Source: Macrostomum hystrix
Taxonomy: Eukaryota; Animalia; Platyhelminthes
NCBI GenBank assembly: GCA_950097015.1
Contig: CATNEN010000001.1
Coordinates: 18,910,001-18,974,000 of the forward strand
DNA: 64,000 bases
Direction of reading: 5' to 3'
The translations under genes were made by a program, and so were the position numbers. The notes beneath the pieces are model-generated. The model searched no databases. It was not told where the DNA came from and was given only the letters and a program-made list of their open reading frames with translations. Below are positions 36,905 to 50,500 of this stretch, in pieces (the first letter of the stretch is position 1; every line of letters begins with the position of its first letter).

Positions 36905-38265
36905 AGAGGTGTGGTGAGAGGTAGATTGGTGTGGTGAGAGGTAGATTGGTGTGGTGAGAGGTAGATTGGTGTGGTGAGAGGTAGATTGGTGTGGTGAGAG
37001 GTAGATTGGTGTGGTGAGAGGTAGATTGGTGTGGTGAGAGGTAGATTGGTGTGGTGAGAGGTAGATTTGTGTGATGAGAGGTAGATTGGTGTGGTGAGAG
37101 GTAGATTGGTGTGGTGAGAGGTAGATTGGTGTGGTGAGAGGTAGATTGATGTGGTGAGAGGTAGATTAATGTGGTGAGAGGTAGATTGATGTGGTGAGAG
37201 GTAGATTGGTCTGGTGAGAGGTAGATTGGTCTGGTGAGAGGTAGATTGGTGTGGTGAGAAGTAGATTGGTGGGGTGAGAGGTAGATTGGTGTGATGAGAG
37301 GTAGATTGGTCTGGTGAGAGGTAGATTGGTGTGGTGAGAAGTAGATTGGTGGGGTGAGAGGTAGATTGGTGTGATGAGAGGTAGATTGGTCTGGTGAGAG
37401 GTAGATTGGTGTGGTGAGAGGTAGATTGGTGTGGTGAGAGGTAGATTGGTGGGGTGAGAGGTAGATTGGTCTGGTGAGAGGTAGATTGGTCTGGTGAGAG
37501 GTAGATTGGTGGGGTGAGAGGTAGATTGGTCTGGTGAGAGGTAGATTGGTCTGGTGAGAGGTAGATTGATGTGGTGAGAGGTAGATTGGTGTGGTGAGAG
37601 GTAGATTGATGTGGTGAGAGGTAGATTGGTCTGGTGAGAGGTAGATTGATGTGGTGAGAGGTAGATTGATGTGGTGAGAGGTAGATTGGTCTGGTGAGAG
37701 GTAGATTGGTGTGGTGAGAGGTAGATTGATGTGGTGAGAGGTAGATTGGTCTGGTGAGAGGTAGATTGGTGGGGTGAGAGGTAGATTGGTCTGGTGAGAG
37801 GTAGATTGGTCTGGTGAGAGGTAGATTGGTGGGGTGAGAGGTAGATTGGTCTGGTGAGAGGTAGATTGGTCTGGTGAGAGGTAGATTGATGTGGTGAGAG
37901 GTAGATTGATGTGGTGAGAGGTAGATTGGTGTGGTGAGAGGTAGATTGATGTGGTGAGAGGTAGATTGGTCTGGTGAGAGGTAGATTGATGTGGTGAGAG
38001 GTAGATTGATGTGGTGAGAGGTAGATTGGTCTGGTGAGAGGTAGATTGGTGTGGTGAGAGGTAGATTGATGTGGTGAGAGGTAGATTGGTCTGGTGAGAG
38101 GTAGATTGATGTGGTGAGAGGTAGATTGATGTGGTGAGAGGTAGATTGGTCTGGTGAGAGGTAGATTGGTCTGGTGAGAGGTAGATTGATGTGGTGAGAG
38201 GTAGATTGGTGTGGTGAGAGGTAGATTGGTGTGGTGAGAGGTAGATTGGTGTGGTGAGAGGTAGA
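36905..38265. repeat. 20-bp minisatellite (GTGGTGAGAGGTAGATTGGT)
   Basis: Direct reading, ~68 units. Confidence 0.98.
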
Positions 38266-39763
38266 CTAAGGCCGAGGAGAGTTTGAGGACTATGGCAGTG
38301 GAGGTGGTTGGGAGTGTTTACTGCGGTGTGGAGTGCTGAGAAGAGGTCGTGTCGACTAAATTAATAATTGTTCTTTTAATTTTATACTAAGCAACTCAAA
38401 GCACCGGAGCTGCAAGAATTTTATCGCAGATTTGCAGTGCTCAGGCCTACACTCGCTGAGCAGTCCTGAGCGCAACCCTCTCGTCTCGCCTTCCAGAGCA
38501 GTATAGATTGAAGGAGAGAGTGCTCGCGCGAGTTGATTGCAGCCGTTAGGGGCGCCAGTCCACTTATTTAGTTTACATGCATATAGTCAGACTTGAATTA
38601 GGACATGCGCAATGTTCTCATGCGTTGAAAACACCTGACTTGACCTGACGCACAGGGCCCGCAAGCAGGTGCTTATTGAGTGTCCGATTACTATTACTCC
38701 TCATTAACTACTCTTTCTCTGGTCTTGAGATTTTAGCATCAATGTCGGCGCCCTTAATTAGTATAGGGAATAAGAGGCCGGCCTAACCAAGGTGGAGAGC
38801 GCAGCGGAAAGAGACAAGAAAATAGAAAGAGAGAGACATTTTGAATTCTTCACCCTCTGATGAAGCCAGCAGGTGAAAATTTTTTCGTTTTTGTTTCCAT
38901 AGGAGTGAGAGAGACGTAGGATTTGTGTCTGTGTCAACCAAAATACTTGCCTACAAAATCTACCGTCACACTTCTTCATTGCAACTAGCTCGTAGTTTGC
39001 AATTGCTACACGGGCCATCAAGGCCGGCTGTGCAAACACTCAACTACTGTGGACACATCGCCTGCTCGCGTTTGTCCAGAAAAGGAAATGGTTTTGACGA
39101 ACAAAGTTTAGCTTTTATTTTGACATTCTTGTGTGTCCTGTATCAATCGAACACGTGTGAAAGTCAGCTCTGCCACATTGGACTCAGACAAACTTTAAGA
39201 TTTGATATAAGCTCAAACTTCCACACTGCTACCAGTTCCTTCAACATGAAAACTCGGTCGTATCCTGACTGTACAGCAAAGTGTAATTCTTTTTTATGCA
39301 ACTCGTGAATTGAAAAGCTGCAGTAAAGTTATTCTGGTTCAAACACTCGACACGCGACTGACCCTAAGAAGCAGTTGAAAATTGTGCCAATTTTAAATAA
39401 ACAAAGCGAAGCTGTTCATGCCTTATGCAACGCACGCACATTATCTCTTCAGTGCTTCTAGCTTCCGATGCACAATTAGCTACCAACAATGTCCCGCAGC
39501 AATGTCCCCCAGTAATCTGGCGACACAGGCACACACACACACCAAACTGATAACTTGCTTGCAGTCCGAAGGGTTGGCCACTTTATGAAGTTATGTTTTC
39601 CAGTTGGTAAACTTTACCAAAGGTTGAAAAGTGAAAATGAATAGCAGTGCATGGATATTTGTGTGTTGCTGGTCCGCGAGGGGGCAGAGCTTTCATGGCC
39701 AAACGTTTGTCGGAATCGAATATGGTACGAAGAATTATCCTCAAAGGTACAAATCCTCTACGC

Positions 39764-40628
39764 CAGGGGTCGGCAACCTCCGGCCCGCGGGCCTGATGCG
39801 GCCCTCAAAGCTCCCAAATCTGGCCCTTAGCTCCTCCTAACACCTACTCTACAGTACACCCTATCTCATCTCTCCCTGTCTCACCTCTCCCCTGTCTTAT
39901 CTCTCCCCAGTCTCATTTCTCCCCTGTCTCATCTCTCCCCTGTCTTATCTCTCCCCTGTCTTATCTCTCCCCTGTCTTATCTCTCCCCTGTCTTATCTCT
40001 CCCCTGTCTTATCTCTCCCCTGTCTTATCTCTCCCCTGTCTTATCTCTCCCCAGTCTCATCTCTCCCCAGTCTCATCTCTCCCCTTTTTCATCTCTCCCC
40101 TGTCTCATCTCTCTTGCGTCTTACCGCTGAAGCTTTAGCAAAATACATCATAGAAATATCTAAAATAAGGGAACAGCTGCCCTGAGACTACGAGATCTTA
40201 CTAGCATTCAACAATAGATATTTCATATTTTGTTTTATCCCTGCCGTCCCTTGTGTTTTTACTGCTCTTATTTTTAATACCTTTGCTTTCCCTTCCCAGC
40301 TCGATATTTGATTCCTACTAAACTTCGCTTTTTATGTTGCTTTTCGCTGTTCATTTAAATGTGTTGTTAAAAAAAATATAAAAAAAAAAATCAGCACCCA
40401 TAGATGGCGTGCGCGTTTTAATAATAATAATAATAATAATATCTCCCCCGTCTCATGCGTCTTGTCTCTCTCTTGCGTCTTATCTCCCCCGTCTCATCTC
40501 TCACCTTTCTCATCTCTCACCTTTCTCATCTCTCACCTGTCTGATCTCTCCCCTTTCTTCATGCGGCCCGCCGTCGTCTTTAAGATTCTCTCTTTAGCCC
40601 GCGGGGTATATAAGGTTGCCGACCCCTG
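39764..40628. mobile_element. Non-autonomous hAT (Charlie/Buster-type) MITE, 865 bp
   Basis: Perfect 16-bp TIRs CAGGGGTCGGCAACCT / AGGTTGCCGACCCCTG. Perfect 8-bp TSD CTCTACGC at 39756-39763 and 40629-40636 with central TA. GCGGCCC subterminal motifs at both ends. No transposase ORF. Confidence 0.95.
39860..40115. repeat. 16-bp minisatellite (TCTCTCCCCTGTCTYA) inside the hAT MITE
   Basis: Direct reading; degenerate copies recur at ~40440-40555 near the right end. Confidence 0.9.
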
Positions 40629-40939
40629 CTCTACGCCATACTCTGAATGCGAGAAACTTCTTTTTTTGTCGTTGATCTACAAGCGAAATGCTTTGATAAA
40701 TGCTTTTTAGTATCCATTTCTTTCTACTATGCAATTGACATTGGAAACCATTGAAAGCAAGTGCATGCCAAACTGGATCCATTGATGCTCAACTTTGATT
40801 CTTTCTATCATGAGTTCATTATGAGCAGTGCGGCCTTCTGAGGAGGACAAAGATGGATCATGAAGCTCTCAATTTACTAACTATAAAACCACAGAAACGC
40901 TAAGATCTCTCAATTATGCAGTTTTGCTTTGCAACCTCA

Positions 40940-41173
40940 CCCACTGCCTCCCCATCCACTGCCTCCCCATCCACTGCCTCCCCATCCACTGCCTCCCCAT
41001 CCACTGCCTCCCCATCGTCTGCCTCCCCATCGTCTGCCTCCCCATCCACTGCCTCCCCATCCACTGCCTCCCCATCGTCTGCCTCCCCATCCACTGCCTC
41101 CCCATCCACTGCCTCCCCATCCACTGCCTCCCCATCCACTGCCTCCCCATCCACTGCCACCCCATCCACTGCC
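40940..41173. repeat. 15-bp minisatellite (CCACTGCCTCCCCAT)
   Basis: Direct reading. Confidence 0.96.
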
Positions 41174-41523
41174 TTCAGCTGTCATGTACTAAAAATAGCT
41201 CCTGGGCAAATGCTTCCCATTTACCGAACTTAAAATTCTCGCAATTATTACTTTAAATCGTTCCAACACAATTAAACGATCATTCCTTGTGTTAATCCAA
41301 GTGCCAAACTTAACCATCTAAAAATTAGCAAGAAAATTTAAATTTGGAACTCGGGTGAAGATTTTAATTTCGATCGCTAAACAGTTGCTAAATTTTAAAG
41401 CAGAATACACTTTTAACCTGGCCTTGCTTCCTGTGTTTTTGCTTCATTAAGCATTCCGTGCCAACTTTTAGAAAGCGTCTTCTGAACCTGATCGCCAGAA
41501 GCGTAAATTGCAAAAGCGACACA

Positions 41524-44500
41524 ATGCGTGTAATCGCCAAGCTATTTCTGGTATCGTTTACTTTGTTACAAATGAACCACTGTCAATTGTTGGCTAGCTC
41601 TTCAACGAATCTCAACTGCCAGCTCATGGACGACACCCCTGCAATGACCGAGCTCACCTTGACTATAGGCAGCTCAGCCCGATGTCAACTCAGTCCGGCT
41701 GGCTACAGAATTCTTCCCACTCCGTCGAGATTAGGCTCTTACTTTAGCGTTCGCGAACCGGATTCCAGTTTGTACACATCCAGGCTGGTGGATCTGGACC
41801 GGCTCTGCGCTGAGATTGGCCAGTGCTGCCAGAGAGAGTTGCCGAACTGTACCATCAGCCTCATGCTACAAAAGGGAGTCAGCGTGGTATTACTCGATCT
41901 GGTCATTCTCGACCGAAACGATCACGGACCCGTGTTCAACTGTGCTCAGCCTTTTCGAATGGAGCTGTCCGAGCGAAGGGAGCCAGACAGCACCCACTCC
42001 AGCATCGACCTGCCTGTGGCCACGGACATTGACAGACAGGAGTTTGGTGTGCTCCGGTGAGACTGCGGGGCTTGAGAGCCGTGGGATTTGAAGGGGCTGG
42101 CTTGGGATTTTCAGATGGTGGGATATTTTGATGATTGCATCGTGAATCGATGGGATTTTTGTGAATCGATGGGATACTGTTACTCGATGTGATATTGTGA
42201 ATCGATGGGATAGTGTTACTCGATGGGATATTGTGACTCGATGGGATAGTGTTACTCGATGGGATATTGTGAATCGATGGGATTATTGTAAATCGATAGG
42301 ATATTGTGACTCGATGGAATTTTTTGACTCGATGGAATTTTGTGACTCGATGGGATTCTTGTGACTCTTTGGGATTATTGTGACTCTTTGGGATTATTGT
42401 GACTCTTTGGGATTATTGTGAATCGTTGCGATTATTGTGAATCGATGGAATATTGTGAATCGATGGAATTTTGTGAATCGATGGAATTTTGTGACTCGAT
42501 GGGATTCTTGTGACTCTTTGGGATTATTGTGACTCTTTGGGATTATTGTGAATCGTTGCGATTATTGTGAATCGATGCGATTATTGTGAATCGATGGGAT
42601 ATTGTGAATCGATGGAATATTGTGACTCGATGGAATTTTGTGACTCGATGGGATTCTTGTGACTCTTTGGGATTATTGTGACTCGTTGGGATTATTGTGA
42701 ATCGTTGCGATTATTGTGAATCGATGCGATTATTGTGAATCGATGGGATAGTGTTACTCGATGGGATATTGTGACTCGATGGGATATTGTGAATCGATGG
42801 GATTGTTGTAAATCGATTGGATATTGTAAATCGATTGGATATTGTGACTCGATGGGATTCTTGTGACTCGATGGAATTTTGTGACTCTATGGGATTCTTG
42901 TGACTCGATGGAATTTTGTGACTCTATGGGATTATTGTGACTCTTTGGGATTATTGTGACTCTTTGGGATTATTGTGAATCGATGGAATTTTGTGACTCG
43001 ATGGATTCTTGTGACTCGATGGAATTTTGTGACTCTTTGGGATTATTGTGAATCGTTGCGATTATTGTGAATCGATGGGATATTGTGAATCGATGGGATA
43101 TTGTGAATCGATGGAATATTGTGAATCGATGAGATATTGTTACTCGTTGGGATTTTTGTGACTCGTTCGGATTTTTGTGACTCGACGTGATATTGTGACT
43201 CCATGGGATATTGTGACTCCATGGGATATTGTGACTCGAAGGGATACTCCAAAGAAAGAGAGGAGTCAGATTGGAGGCCGGCTCTCCTAATGAACAGATA
43301 CTTTCAGATGGAAGTCACTCTCAGCCAGAGAATTAGGGAGAATTAGGGAAAACTGATTCCTGGCCCCTGAGAAGCCGGCAATCTGTTGCAATCGGACACT
43401 GGGTCGATGTGGCTGAAGTGGACCACTCCGGCAGGTCTAATGAAACCTTGAATGAGCGGACACGGCTGTTCAAACAAAAGCCCCCCCCCCTAGTCTGAAT
43501 CGTGACTTTTTCATCTTTCGCTTTAATTTTCTTGATGGATTGAGCTGCTTAGCGAGAAAAAATGAGGGAAGAAACTCGATCGAGAATATCACTGCGAAAA
43601 CAGAGAATGTCTGGTTTTCTGGGCCAATTTTGGAGCTCAACATTTTTTAAGAATCAGAAAAGTCAGTTTTAATTAATTGTTTTTTGGATATAAAAACTAA
43701 TGCAGATTTTTATTCCATTTCAATAGATTGGAAATAACTATAGATCTATAATTACATTAGGCAAATGTAAATTAAATTAAATATAAAATAACAAACATTT
43801 CAATAAATTAACAAAATTGTAAACAATATTTTAACAGACTTTTAATCACTGTTACACATATTTATTATTTCTATTAATAATATTATTTATTACCATTATT
43901 ATTATTGTTATTATTACAGATTGAGACATACTCAATCACTTTAACCGAATTAATCGTTATAACAATCATTTAAATCAATTACGAGCTAAAAATAAAATTA
44001 AAGAATTTAAATAAAGTTTAATACTCGTACAAGTCTACGATTGTTTAATCCAGCAATACCAAAATGACAAGCAAATTCAAACGACTTGAACTATTATCAG
44101 TTATTTCATTTATATAGTTATTTGTTTTGATTTTTATTATACTAGCTTCAGCGGCGAAATTCAGCCGTTTTTTATAATTCAAACGATCTCACAAATAGCT
44201 GGTAATAAATATTTCATCCATCTTGAATTGCTGGGTTAAATAATCACAAAATGAGTAAGCCTTTTGATTGTGCTTGCAGACCAAAGCAGTCTGAGTAGGG
44301 ATTACTCACTCTGCTAGACCAGGAGCCAATTATTCAGCTGTCCCGACACGTGGCCAGCTGATGCCAGGAACAAGCTCCCGCAGAACAGACAAGTGGCCCT
44401 TTTTAGCCTTATAGAAACACGGCTTTTCACCTGGTGTCCATCTTCAATTACCTGTGGGCACTCAATGGCTTAATTTCATTTCCTGTCTTTAAATAAGCGC

Positions 44501-47500
44501 ATGTTATATGTACGTAGCAGCTGTTTATTGGCGCATTGGTGCCAAGACGGAAGGGCGCTCTCTGTGAGAGGGCCAGAATTCAGATTAGAATCTCAAGGGT
44601 GCCTATAGTCGTAACAGATAATATTGATAATATAGAGTCTATAGAGAGGAAATAAAGAGCAAATCGACAGGAAATATTAATAATCTCAATGAGCTCCGCA
44701 GTGGACTCATTTGAATACGGTAAGGCCGTTTCAACATCGCGACCAATCGATAATTGTGCTCATATGAATTGAAAAAATGCGACTCTCACTCCTCTAAAGA
44801 GCCAGCTTGCTTACAGTTTCAACAAAATCTTTCAGTAGAGCTGCAAAAAATCAATACCACTGTGCCAGTCAGTGAGTCACTTAATGAAAAATGGGTCCAG
44901 TAATACATCCGAATACTGGGAATGCTCAAGCAAGGCTTGATGGCGAACCCCCGTGCAGTCGTCAATCTTTCACGCGGCGAACTCCGGCAGTCAGTGGGAT
45001 TTCGGGAAGTCTGTAAGTTGAGCCAGCATCAATCACTAGTGCAGCTATGAGTAAATATGAATCTCCTAATTAATTAATTAGCTAATTAACTGCCTTGCCT
45101 GGCTACAGATAGGACACACACACAGGACAGGTCATTGTACAGATTACTAATCATACTGTGGCTTAGTTATTACATAAGTGTGCTTAATATTCGACGAAAA
45201 AAATAATGAAAAGTGTCATTCTTTCTCGACCATCATTGTAATCGGCTGCATAGTAACTACCATCGGGGTTAGACAAAACTCAGACTAAAACTTATCCAAA
45301 TTTAACCAAAGCTCCAGTTCCAGTTGAGTCGGGAATCGAACTCCCGACCAACGCTCTAATCCCGCTAGGATAACAACCCCCCTTTTCTCAACCCCTTGCA
45401 GTCAAGATCGAGTTGGAAGCAAAAAACTGACACAAAAATGAAAACTTTAAATTTTGAAGGGTTTACTTAAGAAGATGTTAAAATTAAATAAAGAGAAGTG
45501 ATGAAACTTGAATTTAGTGAAATTAAACTCTATTATTTTAAGCCCTTCTGTAATATCTCCTGAACACACCAGCAGATTTATCCACTTGAACACAGTATCC
45601 AAGCGCTAAAACTACAGATCAACCAGATTGATTGCAGATAAAGATCTGTGCATTAGCCAGCACAGAGCGAATCATTGTATCCTGCGTGCCCGCATCCATA
45701 ATCATCACCATAATCAGATCAGAGAGACTGGGCGCCTTTGTTTAACTGCGTGCCACTCAGCCCTCACCTCTCTGCCCTCACCTCTCTGCCCTTCAACTTC
45801 CGGTCTGAAGTGAACGGAAGTGGTTTCTGATCATTATTGCTCACTATTGCTACTCATGTGTTTATTATTATTCAGATGGAATGTGGAAGTAGGGTTGACT
45901 CAAGCTCATCACTTCACTCTGAGAGTTGAAACAATCAATTCAAATAAATCGTGCCTCAATTTATAAGCAGTCAGTTAACAATGAACTTTGGTTGCCATTG
46001 TCGTCATTCTCCATGAATTTGCTAACAGTGGAGCAATGGAAAATAACAGAACAAAATTTGATTAACTAAAACATTATTGACAGTCATATCTCTGATTAAG
46101 GACCCGTCAGTGATATATATGAGACAAAGAGAGATGAGACACGGGAGAGATGAGGCACGGGAGAGATGAGACACGGGAGAGATGAGACACGGGAGAGATG
46201 AAATACGGTAAAAATGAGACACGGGAGAGATGAAATACGGTAAAAATGAGACACGGGAGAGATGAAATACGGTAAAAATGAGACAGGGGAGAGATGAGAC
46301 ACGGGAGAGATGAAATACGGTAAAAATGAGACACGGGAGAGATGAAATACGGTAAAAATGAGACAGGGGAGAGATGAGACACGGGAGAGATGAGACACGG
46401 GAGAGAAGAGACACGGGAGAGATGAGACACGGGAGAGATGAGACACGGGAGAGATGAAATACGTTAAAAATGAGACACGGGAGAGATGAGACACGGGAGA
46501 GATGAGACACGGGAGAGATGAGGCACGGGAGAGATGAGACACGGGAGAGATGAGACACGGGAGAGATGAGACACGGGAGAGATGAAATACGTTAAAAATG
46601 AGACACGGGAGAGATGAGACACGGGAGAGATGAGGCACGGGAGAGATGAGACACGGGAGAGATGAGGCACGGGAGAGATGAGACAGGGGAGAGATGAGGC
46701 ACGGGAGAGATGAGACACGGGAGAGATGAGACACGGGAGAGATGAGACACGGGAGAGATGAGGCACGGGAGAGATGAGGCACGGGAGAGATGAGACACGG
46801 GAGAGATGAAATACGTTAAAAATGAGACACGGGAGAGATGAGGCACGGGAGAGATGAGACACGGGAGAGATGAGGCACGGGAGAGATGAGACACGGGAGA
46901 GATGAGACACGGGAGAGATGAGACACGGGAGAGATGAGACACGGGAGAGATGAGACACGGGAGATGAGACACGGGAGAGATGAGACACGGGAGAGATGAG
47001 ACACGGGAGAGATGAGGCACGGGAGAGATGAGACACGGGAGAGATGAGACACGGGAGAGATGAGACACGGGAGAGATGAGACACGGGAGAGATGAGACAC
47101 GGGAGAGATGAGACACGGGAGAGAAGAGACACGGGAGAGATGAGACACGGGAAACCCCAAGAAGGAGCTGATTTCCCATATTTCGCAGCCCGTGGGGACC
47201 AGGAAGGGAATTGGCATTCCTTAGCCAGCAGATTAAGAGACGCAAAGCGCAAAAAGTTGAGTAGCAGGCACTGCTCAATTTGTGTTGAGCATACGTTCGA
47301 GGGTTCGAGTCTCACACAGTTGAAAGTTTTTCTTTGCTGATCAGTAAGCAGTTTCTGCTGTCGCACTGACTGTTTCTCTTCCCACGAGAGGACACCGTGG
47401 CGTAGACTGCCTTTGAACGCGAACCCTGTGTCTCTCCGTGTGTAGGACGCCTCCATGGGAAATTATCTCGAATTAGTTTTTTCGAAGTGTGTTATCAGCT

Positions 47501-50500
47501 GATCAGGTTTTCAGAACAGCTCAGGACAGAATTGGCTCTACAGAACAGAGGAAGTATTAATTTATTCTCTCGCATATCTTCTTGTCCGATTCAAACTTCT
47601 TATCTCAGCTGTCTTTACATTTTCTTTAGCGGCATCGTCTCTATTCTAGTTGATCTTTTCTCACTCCTCTCTCATCTATTCTCAATCCTCTCTCATCTAT
47701 TCTCACTCCTCACTCATCTATTCTCACTCCTCTCTCATCTATTCTCACTCCTCTCTCATCTATTCTCACTCCTCACTCATCTATTCTCACTCCTCTCTCA
47801 TCTATTCTCAATCTCTCTCATCTATTCTCACTCCTCTCTCATCTATTCTCACTCCTCACTCATCTATTCTCACTCCTCTCTCATCTATCTCACTCCTCTC
47901 TCATCTATTCTCACTCCTCTCTCATCTATTCTTACTCCTCTCTCATCTATTCTCACTCCTCTCTCATCTATTCTCAATCCTCTCTCATCTATTCTCACTC
48001 CTCACTTATCTATTCTCACTCCTCTCTCATCTATTCTCACTCCTCTCTCATCTATTCTCACTCCTCACTCATCTATTCTCACTCCTCTCTCATCTATTCT
48101 CACTCCTCTCTCATCTATTCTCACTCCTCTCTCTTCTATTCTCAATCTCTCTCATCTATCTCACTCCTCTCTCATCTATTCTCACTCCTCACTCATCTAT
48201 TCTCACTCCTATCTCATCTATCTCACTCCTCTCTCATCTATTCTCACTCCTCTCTCATCTATTCTCAATCTCTCTCATCTATTCTCAATCTCTCTCATCT
48301 ATTCTCACTCCTCACTCATCTATTCTCACTCCTCTCTCATCTATTCTCAATCTCTCTCATCTATTCTCTATCTTTCTCATCTATTCTCACTCATCTCTCG
48401 TTTATTCTCACAACTCTCTCCGCAAACAAATAGCAGCAGAAGTGAAAGTGTTTTTTCCCTAGATTCAAATTAAGCAAAATCCAATAAATTCTATAAGCAT
48501 TACTGTTCTCAATCTCTGTATATACGAACCAAAATATGCCACACTGCCGCATTTTTTCTCCCACGACCCACAGCAAATTCTTCCAAACATTTGTTAGGCA
48601 CGTATAGTGAGAACAGCAGTGTTTTTCGTCACGGTTATTCTTCAGCTTCGGCTTGCAAATTTATGACTGCAGAACTACGCTTTGCTCCATGCAGATCTCT
48701 GCGCAGACATGTCCCTGCTGCAAGCCTCCTGTCATTTTAGTTGCAGAAATATGACTGCGCTGGGGTTCCTTTTATCCAGGGTAAACCCTACACTCACAGA
48801 CAACACTTATTCTCTCTACTCTCTTTTCTCACACTCTCCTCTCTACTCTCTTTTCTCACACTATCCTCTCTCCTCTCTTTTCTCACACTCTCCTCTCTCC
48901 TCTCTTTTCTCACACTCTCCTCTCTCCTCTCTTTTCTCACACTCTCCTCTCTCCTCTCTTTTCTCACACTCTCCTCTCTCCTCTCTTTTCTCACACTCTC
49001 CTCTCTCCTCTCTTTTCTCACACTCTCCTCTCTCCTCTCTTTTCTCACACTCTCCTCTCTACTCTCTTTTCTCACACTCTACTCTCTCCTCTCTTTTCTC
49101 ACACTCTCCTCTCTCCTCTCTTTTCTCACACTCTCCTCTCTCCTCTCTTTTCTCACACTCTCCTCTCTCCTCTCTTTTCTCACACTCTCCTCTCTCCTCT
49201 CTTTTCTCACACTCTCCTCTCTACTCTCTCCTCTCTTTTCTCACTCTCTACTCTCTCCTCTCTTTTCTCACACTCTACTCTCTCCTCTCTTTTCTCACAC
49301 TCTCCTCTCTACTCTCTCCTCTCTTTTCTCACTCTCTCCTCTCTACTCTCTCCTCTCTTTTCTCACACTCTCCTCTCTACTCTCTTTTCTCACACTCTCC
49401 TCTCTACTCTCTTTTCTCCCACTCTCCTCTCTCCTCTCTTTTCTCACACTCTCCTCTCTCCTCTCTTTTCTCACACTCTCCTCTCTCCTCTCTTTTCTCA
49501 CACTCTCCTCTCTCCTCTCTTTTCCCACACTCTCCTCTCTAATCTCTCCTCTCTTTTCTCACTCTCTCCTCTCTAATCTCTCCTCTCTTTTCTCACACTC
49601 TCCTCTCTAATCTCTCCTCTCTGTTCTCACACTCTCCTCTCTCCTCTCTTTTCTCACACTCTCCTCTCTCCTCTCTTTTCTCACACTCTCCTCTCTACTC
49701 TATTTTCTCACACTCTCCTCTCTCCTCTCTTTTCTCACACTCTTCTCTCTACTCTCTTTTCTCACTCTCTTCTCTCTACTCTCTTTTCTCACACTCTCCT
49801 CTCTAATCTCTCCTCTCTTTTCTCACTCTCTCCTCTCTCCTCTCTTTTCTCACTCTCTCCTCTCTACTCTCTTTTCTCACTCTCTCCTCTCTACTCTCTT
49901 TTCTCACTCTCTCCTCTCTACTCTCTTTTCCCACACTCTCCTCTCTCCTTTCTTTTCTCACACTCTCCTCTCTACTCTCTTTTCTCACACTCTCCTCTCT
50001 CCTCTCTTTTCTCACACTCTCCTCTCTACTCTCTTTTCCCACACTCTCCTCTCTCCTCTCTTTTCTCACACTCTCCTCTCTCCTCTCTTTTCTCACACTC
50101 TCCTCTCTACTCTCTTTTCCCACACTCTCCTCTCTCCTCTCTTTTCCCACACTCTCCTCTCTCCTCTCTTTTCTCACACTCTCCTCTCTACTCTCTTTTC
50201 CCACACTCTCCTCTCTCCTCTCTTTTCTCACACTCTCCTCTCTACTCTCTTTTCCCACACTCTCCTCTCTCCTCTCTTTTCTCACTCTCTCCTCTCTCCT
50301 CTCTCCTCTCTTTTCTCACACTCTCCTCTCTACTCTCTTTTCCCACACTCTCCTCTCTCCTCTCTTTTCTCACACTCTCCTCTCTACTCTCTTTTCCCAC
50401 ACTCTCCTCTCTCCTCTCTTTTCCCACACTCTCCTCTCTCCTCTCTTTTCTCACACTCTCCTCTCTCCTCTCTTTTCTCACACTCTCCTCTCTCCTCTCT

